Positions 1 through 36,374 of a stretch of 64,000 nucleotides of DNA are shown piece after piece. Source of the DNA: Amphiscolops sp. MND2022 (lineage: Eukaryota); contig OZ076412.1 of the NCBI GenBank assembly GCA_964187785.1, forward strand, positions 37,138,001 to 37,202,000, written 5' to 3'. The stretch's first letter is position 1, and every line of letters starts with the position of its first letter. A program made the translations under genes and the position numbers. The notes under the pieces were generated by a model, which was not told where the DNA came from, searched no databases, and saw only the letters and a list, made by a program, of their open reading frames with translations.

Positions 1-410
1 ACGGTGTTCGAATTTTGAACAAACCGCTGTAAGTATAAAACGTACCTCCGATATTTCCCAAATTCATCTACTGCCCCGCGGCACCTTGACGCCGCTTATG
101 CTCCCATCTTGCTAAGCGAGGTCGAACAGGAGCAAAGACCTAGCGGGAACGGAAATCGCGAAGCGTTCGTAGTGGGAGCTGGTCTTTGTGACGGTGAAGG
201 CGAGCGTGCATACACCGGATTTGCCTCACATTAGAAAGGAAAAGTGTTGAAAATTTTCTGAGACATTTACGAAAGGTAATATTTTATTCTTGACACACCG
301 GAAATGCTCGATTTGAAAATTCGAACTTGGTGTTTCGAAACTATTCCTATTCGAACTTATTCCACTAGTTCACATTCGAACTTAGTAAATCGAACTTTTT
401 GCCCGAAACC
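1..410. mobile_element. Mutator-like (MULE) MITE, left end outside the window
   Basis: Right terminus reads GGTTTCGGGC on the - strand, with repeated TTCGAA subterminal motifs. It breaks the CRE-like ORF at GKQL and shares a ~180-bp core (about 51-230) with the 611-1127 element. Confidence 0.6.
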
Positions 411-1670
411 CAGCTGCTTACCCATTTCCCAAGGAATTATGGTAACACCGTCTGGGCGTTTGCCATCAGTTCGGTACAGTCCACGCGGTTCGAGCACTGA
501 GGGCAAGTCGAGAGATCCCAACGTCTGCTTTATGAGAGAATTGAGAGTAGCATGACGTGAGAAGCGACCAGGACTCTTGGTGCAAGAAAGACCGTGTAAA
601 CCGTCCCGTTGGGAAATGGTCATTTCGCCTAATGCCATTTCGCCTAAAGTCATTTCGCCTAACGTGTTTGGTCACTTCGCCTATTTTTTTTAGGCGAAAC
701 GTCTTTTACTTTGGTCACTTCGCCTAATTTTTTTTCAGAAACGTGAAAAACACATGAAATTGGAAAACAAATAGTGGAAAACAAATAGAAAACGTGCCTC
801 GGATATGTCCCATTCCTTCTAGTGCCCCGCGGCCCCTTGGGGCCGCTTATGTTCCATCTTGCTAAGCGAGGTCGAACAGGAGCAAAGACCTAGCGGGAAC
901 GGAGATCGCGAAGCGATCGTAGTGGGAGCTGGTCTTTGCGACGGTGAGGGCGAGTGTGCATACACCGCATATGCCCCACATTTTGATATTTTCGCTTTCA
1001 GAAAGCCTTTTTCGAAACATGATTATTTAGACGTTATTCCCGTTTGGTCATTTCGCCTAATTTTCTTAGGCGAAATGACTCAACTAAATTTTTAGGCGAA
1101 ATGGCATTAGGCGAAATGACCTGCATTCGTCCCGTTCAACTCTTTTACAGATGTTGGCTCCGAGACGCAATTCAATTGAAATCCGATCTGTTGATCATCA
1201 AGTTTCAGGCCTAGGTTCTTGCAAGGAACGACGTTGAGCCATTGAGACTCGAACTTGCGCTGATGTGTTAAAAACTTTCGAAAGTTTGTCATCCATTCTA
1301 GAATTCAACTCTTGGCGGTTTTGACGTTGACAGCTTGTGTCCAATTTTTCTGAGTTCCATCGAGAGGACTTTCCTGTTCATTCGTCAAACTCAACCATTT
1401 CTCAAGCGCTTTCGTAAACGAAACGTCTTCCGATGTTTCTGAGAAAATCGTGAAAACATGGGTAGGAATTAGCAGAGACTTGTAGATGTTTACTTTTGAA
1501 TTAATATTCACACCGAAGGTAGTGTTACGCCGAATCATTTGGAAAACTGTAATTGTTGTACAATCGAAACCGACCGTGAAGTTGCCAGAAAAAACTCTAT
1601 GGAAAGTATTGATAATAGTTGATGAAAGTATGAGTAGTTCCCACGGTTTTTATCAGCCGATCAATTGACC
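411..1670 (-). mobile_element. Relic of a CRE/NeSL-type non-LTR retrotransposon (C-terminal zinc knuckle and restriction-like endonuclease), interrupted by the MITE at 611-1127
   Basis: After removing the MITE the - strand reads ...[60 protein letters not shown]...[28 protein letters not shown], the R..PD-type RLE motif of RLE-clade LINEs. Confidence 0.8.
611..1127. mobile_element. MULE-type MITE
   Basis: TIRs GGTCATTTCGCCTAATGCCATTTCGCCTAAA at 618 and its inverse ending at 1121. 9-bp TSD CGTCCCGTT at 602-610 and 1128-1136. Confidence 0.9.
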
Positions 1671-1821
1671 AGAACGTTTAGCTTTTTAATTTTTCAGAGT
1701 TATGTAAGGGAAATATCTCACTTACTTTCGTGCCTATGTATCAATCTTATTTATTACTTCCGACACCTTGAAGCTGAGCAGCTGCGGGAATCAAAAAATT
1801 CAGAAAGTTATCACTATTGTC

Positions 1822-26386
<24,565 letters not shown>

Positions 26387-27273
26387 TTGTGTCCCCTCCC
26401 TTGTCCCAGGGTTGGGTTGTTAATTCGTAATCACTCACCCAAAGAATCTAATCTTGTGACTTCTCTCCTGATTTGTAAGTCACCTTGACTCTTCATCTCT
26501 TTTTTTTTCGCGTTCTAATATCTCCACCCGCAATATTGTCTTGTAGTCTTCAGTACAGTCAACTCCGGTTATAACGAAATCGGTTATAGCGAAATGAGAA
26601 CTTCCGATGAATTTGATCTTCAAATTCGGAAAAGATCATTTCTAATGAGAAGATGGATTGTCTCTTGACTTCATGTCAATGGATGTTTGAGTCACCCTAA
26701 TGTTTAATTGACCTGTTGCTCCTCTTTTAACTGTCATTCTCCTTGCCCTGTTTTTTCTCTCCAAATCTTTCAACAGTAGAATTGTACCGAGAGATGACGT
26801 TTTATTATACTTTTGAAAACGATAATTTTCCTGTTTCGAAGTGACCGGTCAATTGAACACAGGAAATTATTTCCCTAAAGTTGTTTGCCCACACGATTAA
26901 AGTACCATTTTTTTTTCATTTGAGCCTTCTCGGTTGTTATCATGAGCAGCAAAAGTTTATTTCTCTCTTATTTTCGAAGTGGGAAAACATTCATCTTTTA
27001 CTGAAAGTTTACCAATATTGACGTGTCTCTAGCTTGGGACCTACTTTTGGTAATCATTTAAATAATCCATGAAATAATATTTTCACTTAGCGTGTTGTTT
27101 TCACTTGGGAACAGTCAGTCTGTTGCTGGCTACGATTGAACATTTCCTTTCATTACGCTTGAGTGAAATTCACAAACTTTCTGTATCATTTGTACTGTCC
27201 GGTTACGAATGTTACTCGTTTTTGACATGCTTGGTTTCATCTATCTGGCTTCGGTATTTGACTTTCTGTTAGC

Positions 27274-27728
27274 AATAAACAGATTAAAATGTTGGGATCC
27301 GCACAAAATTCTTTGAATAGTAAAATTTACGGTTTCAATTTTTTGAATTGACAGCTCGGTGTAACCCCTATTCTAACGAAAAAAATGATATTTCTGTAAT
27401 ATGAACCGAAATAACATGTATGGTACGTTTCTACGAGGAAAGGAAATGTTGAATTTTTGAATTGGTTGTATGCGTGTGTATTCATTCACACGCCTACACG
27501 CTGATAAACATGCCAGGAACTCACCCATGCCCTGTTCAGGTAGCAGTGATGAATTTTGCAATATATAATTTTGATTATGCGCTCACATTCAAACAACAGT
27601 TGTCGGGGGCCAGAGTTGGGTATGAAGGGAGACAGGCGTGGTTGTCACCTTCGCGTCACCTCTCGCACTCGGTTAACTGCGACCCCACCCACCGAGTAGT
27701 CATGGATTTATTTCTTGTAGATAATAAA
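27274..27728 (+). promoter_or_regulatory. Candidate polyadenylation signals of the Src-like gene
   Basis: AATAAA at 27274-27279 and 27723-27728, within a TE-poor stretch downstream of the stop codon. Confidence 0.4.
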
Positions 27729-28148
27729 CATTAAACTCCTTTTATTCTATTATTGCTCATATTTTTTCACTTCATTCGTCCAATCATACCCAGAGTAGTG
27801 AACAGTCGTTAACTTAAGATTGGATGATGGTAGAAATGAATGGACGACAACTAATAACAGCGCATCCTTCATCATTATACGTTCAAATTTATTTTATTCT
27901 CTCCAATGACAAAATCGACCATTTTCAGACATTGTACTGACTGACAGGTAATTTTTGTCCTGGTGATAGCGGCAGTTTTGCTCAAGATCAATATAGGTGG
28001 TATGCAAATAGGCTATATTGGATTGTGACTGGAAATCTCGAAAAAATCAGGATTTAATTATAATCATAAACTTTTGACGTCCTGGCATCTGACTTCGTTC
28101 TAAATGTAACAGGTGTTTTGACTGTTTAGTATTGCTCAGTATACAGTA

Positions 28149-29480
28149 CAGTAGTGATATTTCTAAAAGCAACAAAAGGCAAATTTCAAAATCGAGTATC
28201 TCTAAAACAACAGCGATTTTTGGAAAACGATAAAAGTGAAAGTTTCTTAGATTTTTATCTAGTTTGCAAATATGTTTATTTGAAGATTATGCGATGAAAA
28301 TTGTAGAAGTTACGATATGCTATTTTTAGCTAAATTTAGGTCAAAATTGAGATTTTTCTCACTTTTGGTCTACTTTTGCTCAAAGTGTTTGAAATATTTT
28401 TTGTTCAATTGACTTCCCTGATTTAACTGAAGCCCCTGATATGTTTTGATTTAGAAAACATCTTAAAATCGTAGAAGAAATGCGCTGTAAAATTAGAATT
28501 TTTCGAAAATACATGTATTAAAATATGATTTTGAAGTTTACAACTAAAAACAAGCCCATACTAATGCAATTTATAATATTTTCGAGAAAAAAATTATATT
28601 GTCACATTCGAATTGTTCAGGAGAATTTTTCATCTAAATTATTTTGAAATCAAAAAATAGTAAGTGCGTCAAAAACTCAAAAAACTAAAAAATGATGTTT
28701 TGGAAATCGCTCTCGACCAATGAAATGAGCGCGTGAGACCTTGATCGGCCAATGAGATTTGTTTATTTGCTTTCGTTCCGCGTGCTATATTGCTTCTTCT
28801 AGAATCACTACTTTAGTGATTCTATTTAGAAGAAGCAACATAGCACGCGGAAAGAAAGCAAATAAACAAATCTAATTGGCTAATAAAGGTCTCACGCCCT
28901 CATTTCATTGGTCGAGAGCGATTTCCAAAACATCATTTTTTAGTTTTTTGAATTTTTGACCCACTTACAGTTTTTTGATTTCAAAATAATTTTGACAGAA
29001 AAGTTCCCCCAAACATTTCGAATCTGACAAAATAATTTTTTCTCGGAAATATTCTGAATTGCATTAGTATGAGCTTGTTTTAAGTTGTTAAACTTCGAAA
29101 TCGTATCTTAATACATGTATTTTCAAAAAAGTCTAATTTGACTGCGTATTTTTTCGACCATTTTAGGACGATTTCTAAATCAAAACATATCCAGGGCTTC
29201 AGTTAAATCAAATGAGTCGATTGCACATAAAATTCATCTAAGGTTTCAAGCAAAAGTTGACTAAAAGTGAGAAAATCCTCAATTTTGATCTAAATTTGGT
29301 TTAAAATGGCCTATCCTAACTTCTAAAATTTTCATCGCATAACCTTCAAATAAACATATTTGTAAACTAGATAAAAATCTAAGAAACTTTCACTTTTATC
29401 ATTTTTCAAAAATCGCTGCTGTTTTAGAGATATTCGATTTTGAGATTTGCCTTTTGTTGTTTTTAGAAATATCACTACTG
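28149..29480. mobile_element. 1332-bp palindromic (foldback) Tc1/mariner-type non-autonomous element
   Basis: Termini CAGTAGTGATATTTC / GAAATATCACTACTG flanked by TA (28147-28148 and 29481-29482). The ~660-bp arms are inverse complements up to a 3-nt loop at 28811-28813. Confidence 0.92.
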
Positions 29481-29499
29481 TAGCTTCAACTAGAAGGCG

Positions 29500-30900
29500 G
29501 GTCATTTACAGCTAGCTATTGGGGGAGTTTTATGTTTGTATAAGTGCATTTTCTGAGAATAGCTCACTTTCAACAGACTGAGTTCGAAATTAAATGGGTC
29601 AATCTGAAGTTCTGATTTGGGTTAAAGTTTTTACACAATATACTCGCGGCTAATTTCAAGAAGCTTTGTTTAAAGTAGCATAAGTCTGTCTTTAATAAGC
29701 ACAGATACATATCGGGAACAGACTTTGCGTCAACAATATTGTCTGTAACACCGTGGATTGGATCTTGACTACTGTACATCGAAAGAACGATGATAGATCA
29801 GATTTCCTCATGTGTTGTGCAGAATTCTTCGACCATCTTTTCTATCATCGCTCGTCACATGTTCAAACTACAAACGCATTGTCTTTGTGTTGAGCTTGGT
29901 GTTTTCAGTATGTCAACTATCAGGGGGGGGGGTGTTTCACTTATGATGAAGTCTGCTGTTTTTTTTTTCCACGTGGAATTGGAATGCTGTGATTAGTTGT
30001 CGGGAGAAATGTTTAGTTGAAAAGACAAATAGATATCAGAATAAATGTTAACTTGTTATTTCATTCGCACCCGAAATATTCGATGAATCTAATTTTATGG
30101 CGTTTGCAAAGATCTGAAGATTTTCTACTTCTATGCAGATTTTGTGCTATTGATTCACAATATGATATAGTGCTCAACTTTGCTCCTGTAATGGTTTTGA
30201 AACCAGATTTTGAATCCAGCTTTGATTTTCAAATAACTTGGGAGTGATGTTGTGTTGTTTAATCATCAATCACTATTGAAGTTTGTTATTTTTTTGCTTC
30301 TTCTTTTCATGATTTGATTTTTGTACTTTTGCCATCATTGCTTGATAAACGTAAAGTTTAATTAATTAATTCTATTCAAATAAATCTGTCTTGCATCTTC
30401 ATTAGTTGTTTCCCGTTTGGGTTGAAGTTGCAGTGGTAAAAAGGAAGTGAATAGTAATGATTAAGTTATGGACTAATTACATGGAAGCAAGCTTCAATGA
30501 AAAAATTTTGACGGTTCAAGAATGCTGGAATTTTTAGGAGTGCCTTTATAGAAATCCGCTTTATAATTTTGATTAGCATTCTGCGCAACTTTGAAATTGG
30601 AGTATTACTGAAATTGCTCGGGTGCACTTTTTTAGGGGATACTGCCGTCGAGCCATTTCTCAAGACTTTTTTCACATGAACACGCCTTTAAGGCAGCTAA
30701 TGATGTTCTTTCAAGCCGTTAAGAAAAGCGCAGTGCCCTTTGACCTAGACTAGCTTTGCAAATGTTTTCAAATTTCTCGATTGGCTCGGGATTCCAACGC
30801 AACGGTATTTGCCTAATTTGCTAAGCATTGTAAATATATAAGTGAAATTATTTGTAGACTGGAGGCTACTGGGTAATTTGGTATATCACGATAAGCCTTC
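29500..30900 (-). mobile_element. Highly degenerate APE-type LINE relic (endonuclease and RT fragments)
   Basis: Fragmentary - strand translations resemble LINE motifs (..SKLGKYRCVG near 30800; ..PRCYRQY..KV.SRY.SVLIKDRL near 29700), with many stops and frameshifts. Confidence 0.4.
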
Positions 30901-31323
30901 AGTGCTGTTCAGTTTGAACAGCTGAAAATGTCCATTTCTGTCAAATCCAAATTCCCAGAAGTATGATTTTCAAAAAGTATGATGATAGAAACTAAATGGA
31001 TTCAAATTACTGCAAATTAAAAAAAACTGTTGAATGTCGAATGTTCCTGAAAAACACCCGGTGAACAACACTATGATCTTAATGCGCCGTGCTCGTAGTT
31101 GAAAAACTTCAGTTGATTTATCAAGATTGTCTTTATCTTCCTATCAAAAACTTTCTACGGAAAATGACTCGAAGCTTTGGACTGTTAACGTGTCAATGTA
31201 CTAGATTGGAATCATAAGTAATAAACGGACCCTTGTCCCTTAAGGCATTTTTTGCCATTAAGGTTTTGTATACTGTTGATACAATTTGACGTTGTTGACC
31301 TCTTAGCAATTGAAGAGGCGTTT

Positions 31324-31937
31324 TTAGTCGGCGCCTTTTCCTTTAAGGAAAAAAGCCCGACTATTACAGTGGCTAGTTTTTTTTTCGTCAGACCACAGAG
31401 CTCATCGCGTATGTACCACTTTTTACAGAAACTGATAAGTTCACTCAGGCCAAGTTCGACCAATGCAAACTTACTGCAAAGGGTCCCCCCTTTCGTTTTT
31501 ACCTTTTTTACGTAACCTACAAAACAGGAAGACTCCAAAGGGTCCCCCCTTTCATTTTTTTTTCGGCACTGCGAATTTTTTTTTTGAAAATTTTCATGTC
31601 TCAAAAGAGTTCCCCCCTTCGGATTTTTTGATATTTTGCAACAGAAAGTATGTTAATGAATCCAAAAGATCCCCCCTTTTCATTTTTCGGCACTATGCGA
31701 CGTTTTCGAAGTTTTTTCCAAAAAAAAAAAATTTCAAAAAAATATTCAAAATTTTCTTGTTTCCAGTCGGGAAAAGTGGAAAAGTGATTTTCTAGTCATA
31801 TCGAGCATGAAAGGCACACTTTGCGTGTCTCGAAAGTGTTTTCAAAGCTTTTCATGAATACATCCTGGGCATATTTAGAAAACTCTGCGTTTTTTGAGCC
31901 TTAGATATAGCGCCGACTTTAGACGTTCCCGTCTTGT
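31324..31937 (+). mobile_element. HINE-like family A copy
   Basis: AGTCGGCGCCTTTTCCTTTAAGGAAAAAAGCCCGACT at 31326; GCGCCGACTTTAGACGTTCCCGTCTTGT ending near 31937. Confidence 0.7.
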
Positions 31938-32011
31938 TGTATTTATTGTCACCAGAAATATCAATTACTTCGGATATAACGTCAAAATTCAGATATTGCG
32001 TGATTTTTTTA

Positions 32012-34283
32012 TTTTCCGCCGATATTTCATTGGTTTTTTTTTACAAAAGTTGCCAAGCACGAAAATTATGTTCACCTTGAAGGGCGTTACCCATAGAATT
32101 CAACTCACGTAAATTTAGCGATATGTATTTGCAGAGATTTTTGGACTTTTTTGGTAATGACAAAAATGACTCCGAAAATGACAAAAAGTCCAAAATTTCC
32201 CAATTTTCAACATTATACAATTTTTGTCCTTTTTTCGATAAACACCGTGGATTAGAATGCTGAAAACGTTCAACGAGGCACGAATTCGTTGTCCAATAGT
32301 ATTCAATGAAGATATAAATGCTGTTTTTTATATGAAAAAGACCTCAAATTGACATTGAAAATGACAAAAAACCAAAAATGTCCCGATTTCTAACGTTTTT
32401 ATGGGATTTTTGATAAATTTTTGATGGACTTTGCAGATTCGAATGTCGACAACGCTCCACAGGGCACGAATTCGTTGTCCAGTAGGCTTTTCCGAAGAGA
32501 TAATTGCTGTTTTCTAATTGAAAAATATATCAAATTGAAACCGAAAAACACAAAAACCCAAAAATTTCCAATTTTTAAAGTTTTTATGCAGTTTTTGTCA
32601 AATTTATGACACACTTCGTGGATTGGAAAGTTAAAAAGGGTCAACAAGGAACACATTTGTTGTCCAGTAGGCTTTTCCGAAGAGTTAATTGCTGTTTCAA
32701 GTTGAAAAGTCTCAAATTGGCACCGAATTTGACAAAAAACCCAAAATATTACAATTTTCAAAGCTTTTATGCAAATTTTGTCGAAATTTCGAAAGACTTC
32801 GCGGATTGGAATGTTGAAAACGGTCATCAAAGTAACAATTTGTGTGCAGTAGTCTTTTGTGAACAGATATTTGCGGTTTTCAAGTTAAAAAAATCTCAAA
32901 TTGGCAACGAAGTAGACCAAAAACCCAAAATTTTCAAGCTTTTAAAAATTTTATGCAAATGTCGAAATTTCGACAGACTTCGCGGATTGGAATGTTGAAA
33001 ACGGTCATCAAGGTAAAAATTTGTCGTGCAGTAGTGTTTTATTAGGAGATGATTGCGGTTTTCATGTTGGAAAATTTCTCAAATTGGCACTGAAATAGAC
33101 AAAAAACCCAAAATTTTCAAACTTTCAAAGTTTTCATGCAGTTTTTGTCAAATATATGGCAGACTTCGTGGAATGGAATGTGTAAAAGGGTCAACATGAA
33201 GAGTTTGTTGTCTAGGAGTCTTTTATGAAGAGATAATTGCAGTTTTTTAAATGAAAATTATCTCAAATTGACATCCAAAAAGAGAAAAAACCCAAAATTT
33301 TCAAATTTTCAAGGTTTATATGCAGGTTTTATAAATTATCGATACACTTCGTGTACTAGAATGTAAAAAACCCTAAGCAATGGAAGGGCTCCTCGTTTCA
33401 ATGAGCTTTCGCTGAGAGATAAATACAATTTGTAATAGAAATTGCCCCAAACTGACTCAGAAAGTGTCGATAATTTTAAAGTTTGTTGTTTTGATGCATT
33501 TTCTGTACAATTCCCGAGAGCTTTCGTTGTAAGTTCTAACACAGTCAAAACGAAAGCTATGCAATACATTATTTGAAGAGTACGTTGCAGCGTTTCGCTC
33601 CAAAAACACTCCAGAATGACTCCAAATGATTCGAAAAATCCAAAACGTTCAACATCTCGTTTTTATGCAACTCAAAATGTACTTTTTGAATCGTTTTGGA
33701 GTCAGAATGTTGGCAAACGTTCAACAATGATTGAACTCATAATGCAGTAGGCTCTTGAGGAAAAGTTTGAAGACTTCGGTTGGAAAATGGTCAAAATTGG
33801 CCGCAAAAAACTTTTCCAGTGAATTTTTATTTGAGACTAGAAAATTTTGACATAGGATCATAATGAGGATATAAGCTTCCAAAAGCTGAGGATGATAAAA
33901 TTAGCTCCGCAGCACGTTTTGTGAAAAGAAATTTGCATATTTTATGGCAGAACGTTTCCTCAGAATGACCCAAATAATGCAAAAACAGAATTTTCAATTT
34001 TTAAAACGTTCTATGCACTTTTTTGGTTAACTTTTTTAAGATACTTCCTTGCATAAAGAGGTTTAAAAAACTCCGTAATGACTAATCCCGGTAGGCATTT
34101 TTGAAGATATAACTGCAATGTTTTTGGAATTGGCCTCAAAAACACCCCAAAATCAAACAAACGACAAAAAGCACGTTTTTTGACAAATCAATCCAAATTT
34201 TTGTTCAAACCACGAAAGGTTTCTGGATTAGAAATTCCATTTACCTGAACGTTGAAACACAAATGTATTCAAAACGCAGTTTG
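32012..34283 (+). repeat. Interspersed repeat family B, copy with an internal ~184-bp tandem array (about 7 units, roughly 32240-33400)
   Basis: Unit anchor GACTTCG(C/T)GGATTGGAATG and variants at about 32241, 32426, 32611, 32794, 32975, 33161 and 33344. Confidence 0.8.
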
Positions 34284-34354
34284 GTCCACCTCACACTGAT
34301 CGGTCCACTTTTCAGAAACAATCCTGAAACCACCTAAGGCGCCAAGTCCGGCCA

Positions 34355-34708
34355 AGCGGCCAAGGCAAACTTAGTGCAAAGGGTCCCCCCTTTCGTATTT
34401 ACTTTTTCAAGGTAACCTACAAAACCGGACGGGACTAAAAAGTCCCCCCTTTCAATTTTTTCGGCACTGTGCGACTTTTTCGAAAATTTTTCAATGTCCC
34501 AAAGAGCCCCCCACTCTTAGTTTTTGCTTTTTTTTGCAACAGAATGCATGCTTATAAATCAAAAAGGGTCCCCCTTTTTTATTTTTCGGCTCTGTGCGAC
34601 ATTTTCCGAAACAGAAAAATTTTCGGAAATTTCAAGTTTTTTTCCAAAAAATGTTTTGCGCTTTTTGAGCCTTAAATATAGCGCCGACTTTAGACGTTCT
34701 CGTCTTGT
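34355..34708 (+). mobile_element. HINE-like family A copy, 5'-truncated
   Basis: Internal GGGTCCCCC motifs and 3' end GCGCCGACTTTAGACGTTCTCGTCTTGT. Confidence 0.6.
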
Positions 34709-35419
34709 TTTGTTTTGTTCCTTGTAATCAGCATTTGAAAAAGTAAGCAACTGTGTTCTGTCAACGTTTCAGTTAGAAATCGCAGACTATAGCAGTGGTT
34801 GAGAGATTCGAACTGAAAGCTTCTATATTAAATCTACTACTTCCTCCTCAGTTGTCCGCCACTTCTGTAGTTGCTTGGCCTAGAGGTTGGCGTAGGTTTC
34901 TAAGTGTTGTGAGTGAAGTAAGGAAACACGTGAACCTGGGTTCTGAACTGGTAGTAGACCAACTTTTTTAAGTTTACAAATCTAGATTAAGTCAATGGGT
35001 TCCCGCTTTCGGTTTTTAAGACCTTAGACGACTATTCTATTTTTGCGAAATGCTTTTTCAGGTTTTCATGCAATGAACTTCGTTTTTCGAGTCCCAAAGG
35101 TTCTTCGGCGTGATATGACTTCTCACAAAACTAAAATTTAAAAATGTTTTCAAATTTAAAAAAGCATTTTGCAAGTCTCAGGCAAGTATTTTATATCCTG
35201 TGATGTTGATCAGAGTTTCCAAGAAATGACCTGCAAATGTATTTGCAGCCAAGTTCAAATCGGAAGTTACGCAGAAAGTTATGCCTCTCTACATCAAATC
35301 GAAATTGTCATACAAATCGCCACCTCTCTGAAACGTTTTGCTTTCCTTGAATACGTTGCCTGGTTGTCGGGGTATTTACGTGACTATTTGACAATGACAG
35401 CCAATTCCAACCCTATCTT

Positions 35420-36150
35420 TTCAAATTGTTAACACAGTTGGAGTGATTCTGTTTTAAGACATCATTGATGCGCGTAACTTGAAAACTTGCAGTTAGTTTT
35501 TTGCAACTACCAGTTTCAAGTGCAAGCTATAGCTCCCGCTAGTTATCGGAAAAGTTGTCACTATAGTAGCTCTCAAATGAGAGACACAGTCCCAGTCGAA
35601 TGAGAATGAGTCACATATTGCTATCACTAATTCTGTTGCTGTTTTGCTTTCTGACGTTACAAGCCTATCTGTAGAAATGTTGGATCGTTGAGTGAACTTG
35701 ATTGACTTCCTGAATTACACTTGGCCGACATTTTACCTGGTTTTTGACTCGTTCCAAAAACTATCGTATAAATGATTGTGATTATTTTTTATCACAATCT
35801 TTCTACGGGGATGCTACTTTGACAGTCTTTTGCAAAAACCACCGACGAAATTCTGTGTTGTGTACATGTCCTAAGAATTAAACACATATGTGCTAAAAAA
35901 AGTTCTAGTTTTCACTGATCGACATCCTGTTTTCTTACTGTTTGCAATCTAAACCTAGATTAGCGTTCAACGTTGTTTCGAAAGTAATTTCGAGTTTGAC
36001 GTTATTGTACTCTAACCTCATTTTCCGTTCAAAGAGAAACGCTAGCAGATCAGGAACTTTCTTTAGTCAGTTAGTCAACTCTGCTGCTTTGTTCGTAGAT
36101 GCGACCTACCCATTACATTTTGGAAACATTCGGTATTTTCCTTCGATGTT
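35420..36150 (-). mobile_element. Penelope-like element relic, 3' part (RT thumb and GIY-YIG-like region)
   Basis: The reading frame continues across the Gypsy TSD (TTLVSNI|EGKYRM), then ELTN.LKK....FLLNG, SFSFDWD and LKTESLQ resemble PLE C-terminal motifs. Confidence 0.5.
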
Positions 36151-36330
36151 TGAAGAATAGTTTAATCGAGAACTGTTGATAAACAACTGTTGCCATTTTT
36201 AGTTCGTATTTACAAACAAACATTGAGTTCTATATCTGAAACTTGATCTCATTACGATACACTTTGAGCTAGAAAAAGCATTGTTATTTTACAAACGTTT
36301 TCAATTGAGATAATCTCGTAGAAAACAATA
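36151..36330 (+). repeat. 5' LTR of the Gypsy element
   Basis: 175/180 identical to 41981-42160. Confidence 0.93.
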
Positions 36331-36340
36331 TGGCGCAGTC
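36331..36340 (+). promoter_or_regulatory. Primer binding site, probably tRNA-Ser
   Basis: TGGCGCAGTC directly after the 5' LTR, matching the tRNA-Ser-type PBS of 17.6/297-like Gypsy elements. Confidence 0.7.
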
Positions 36341-36374
36341 AACATTCTGAACTATCAGAAAAAACTTCGCTAAA

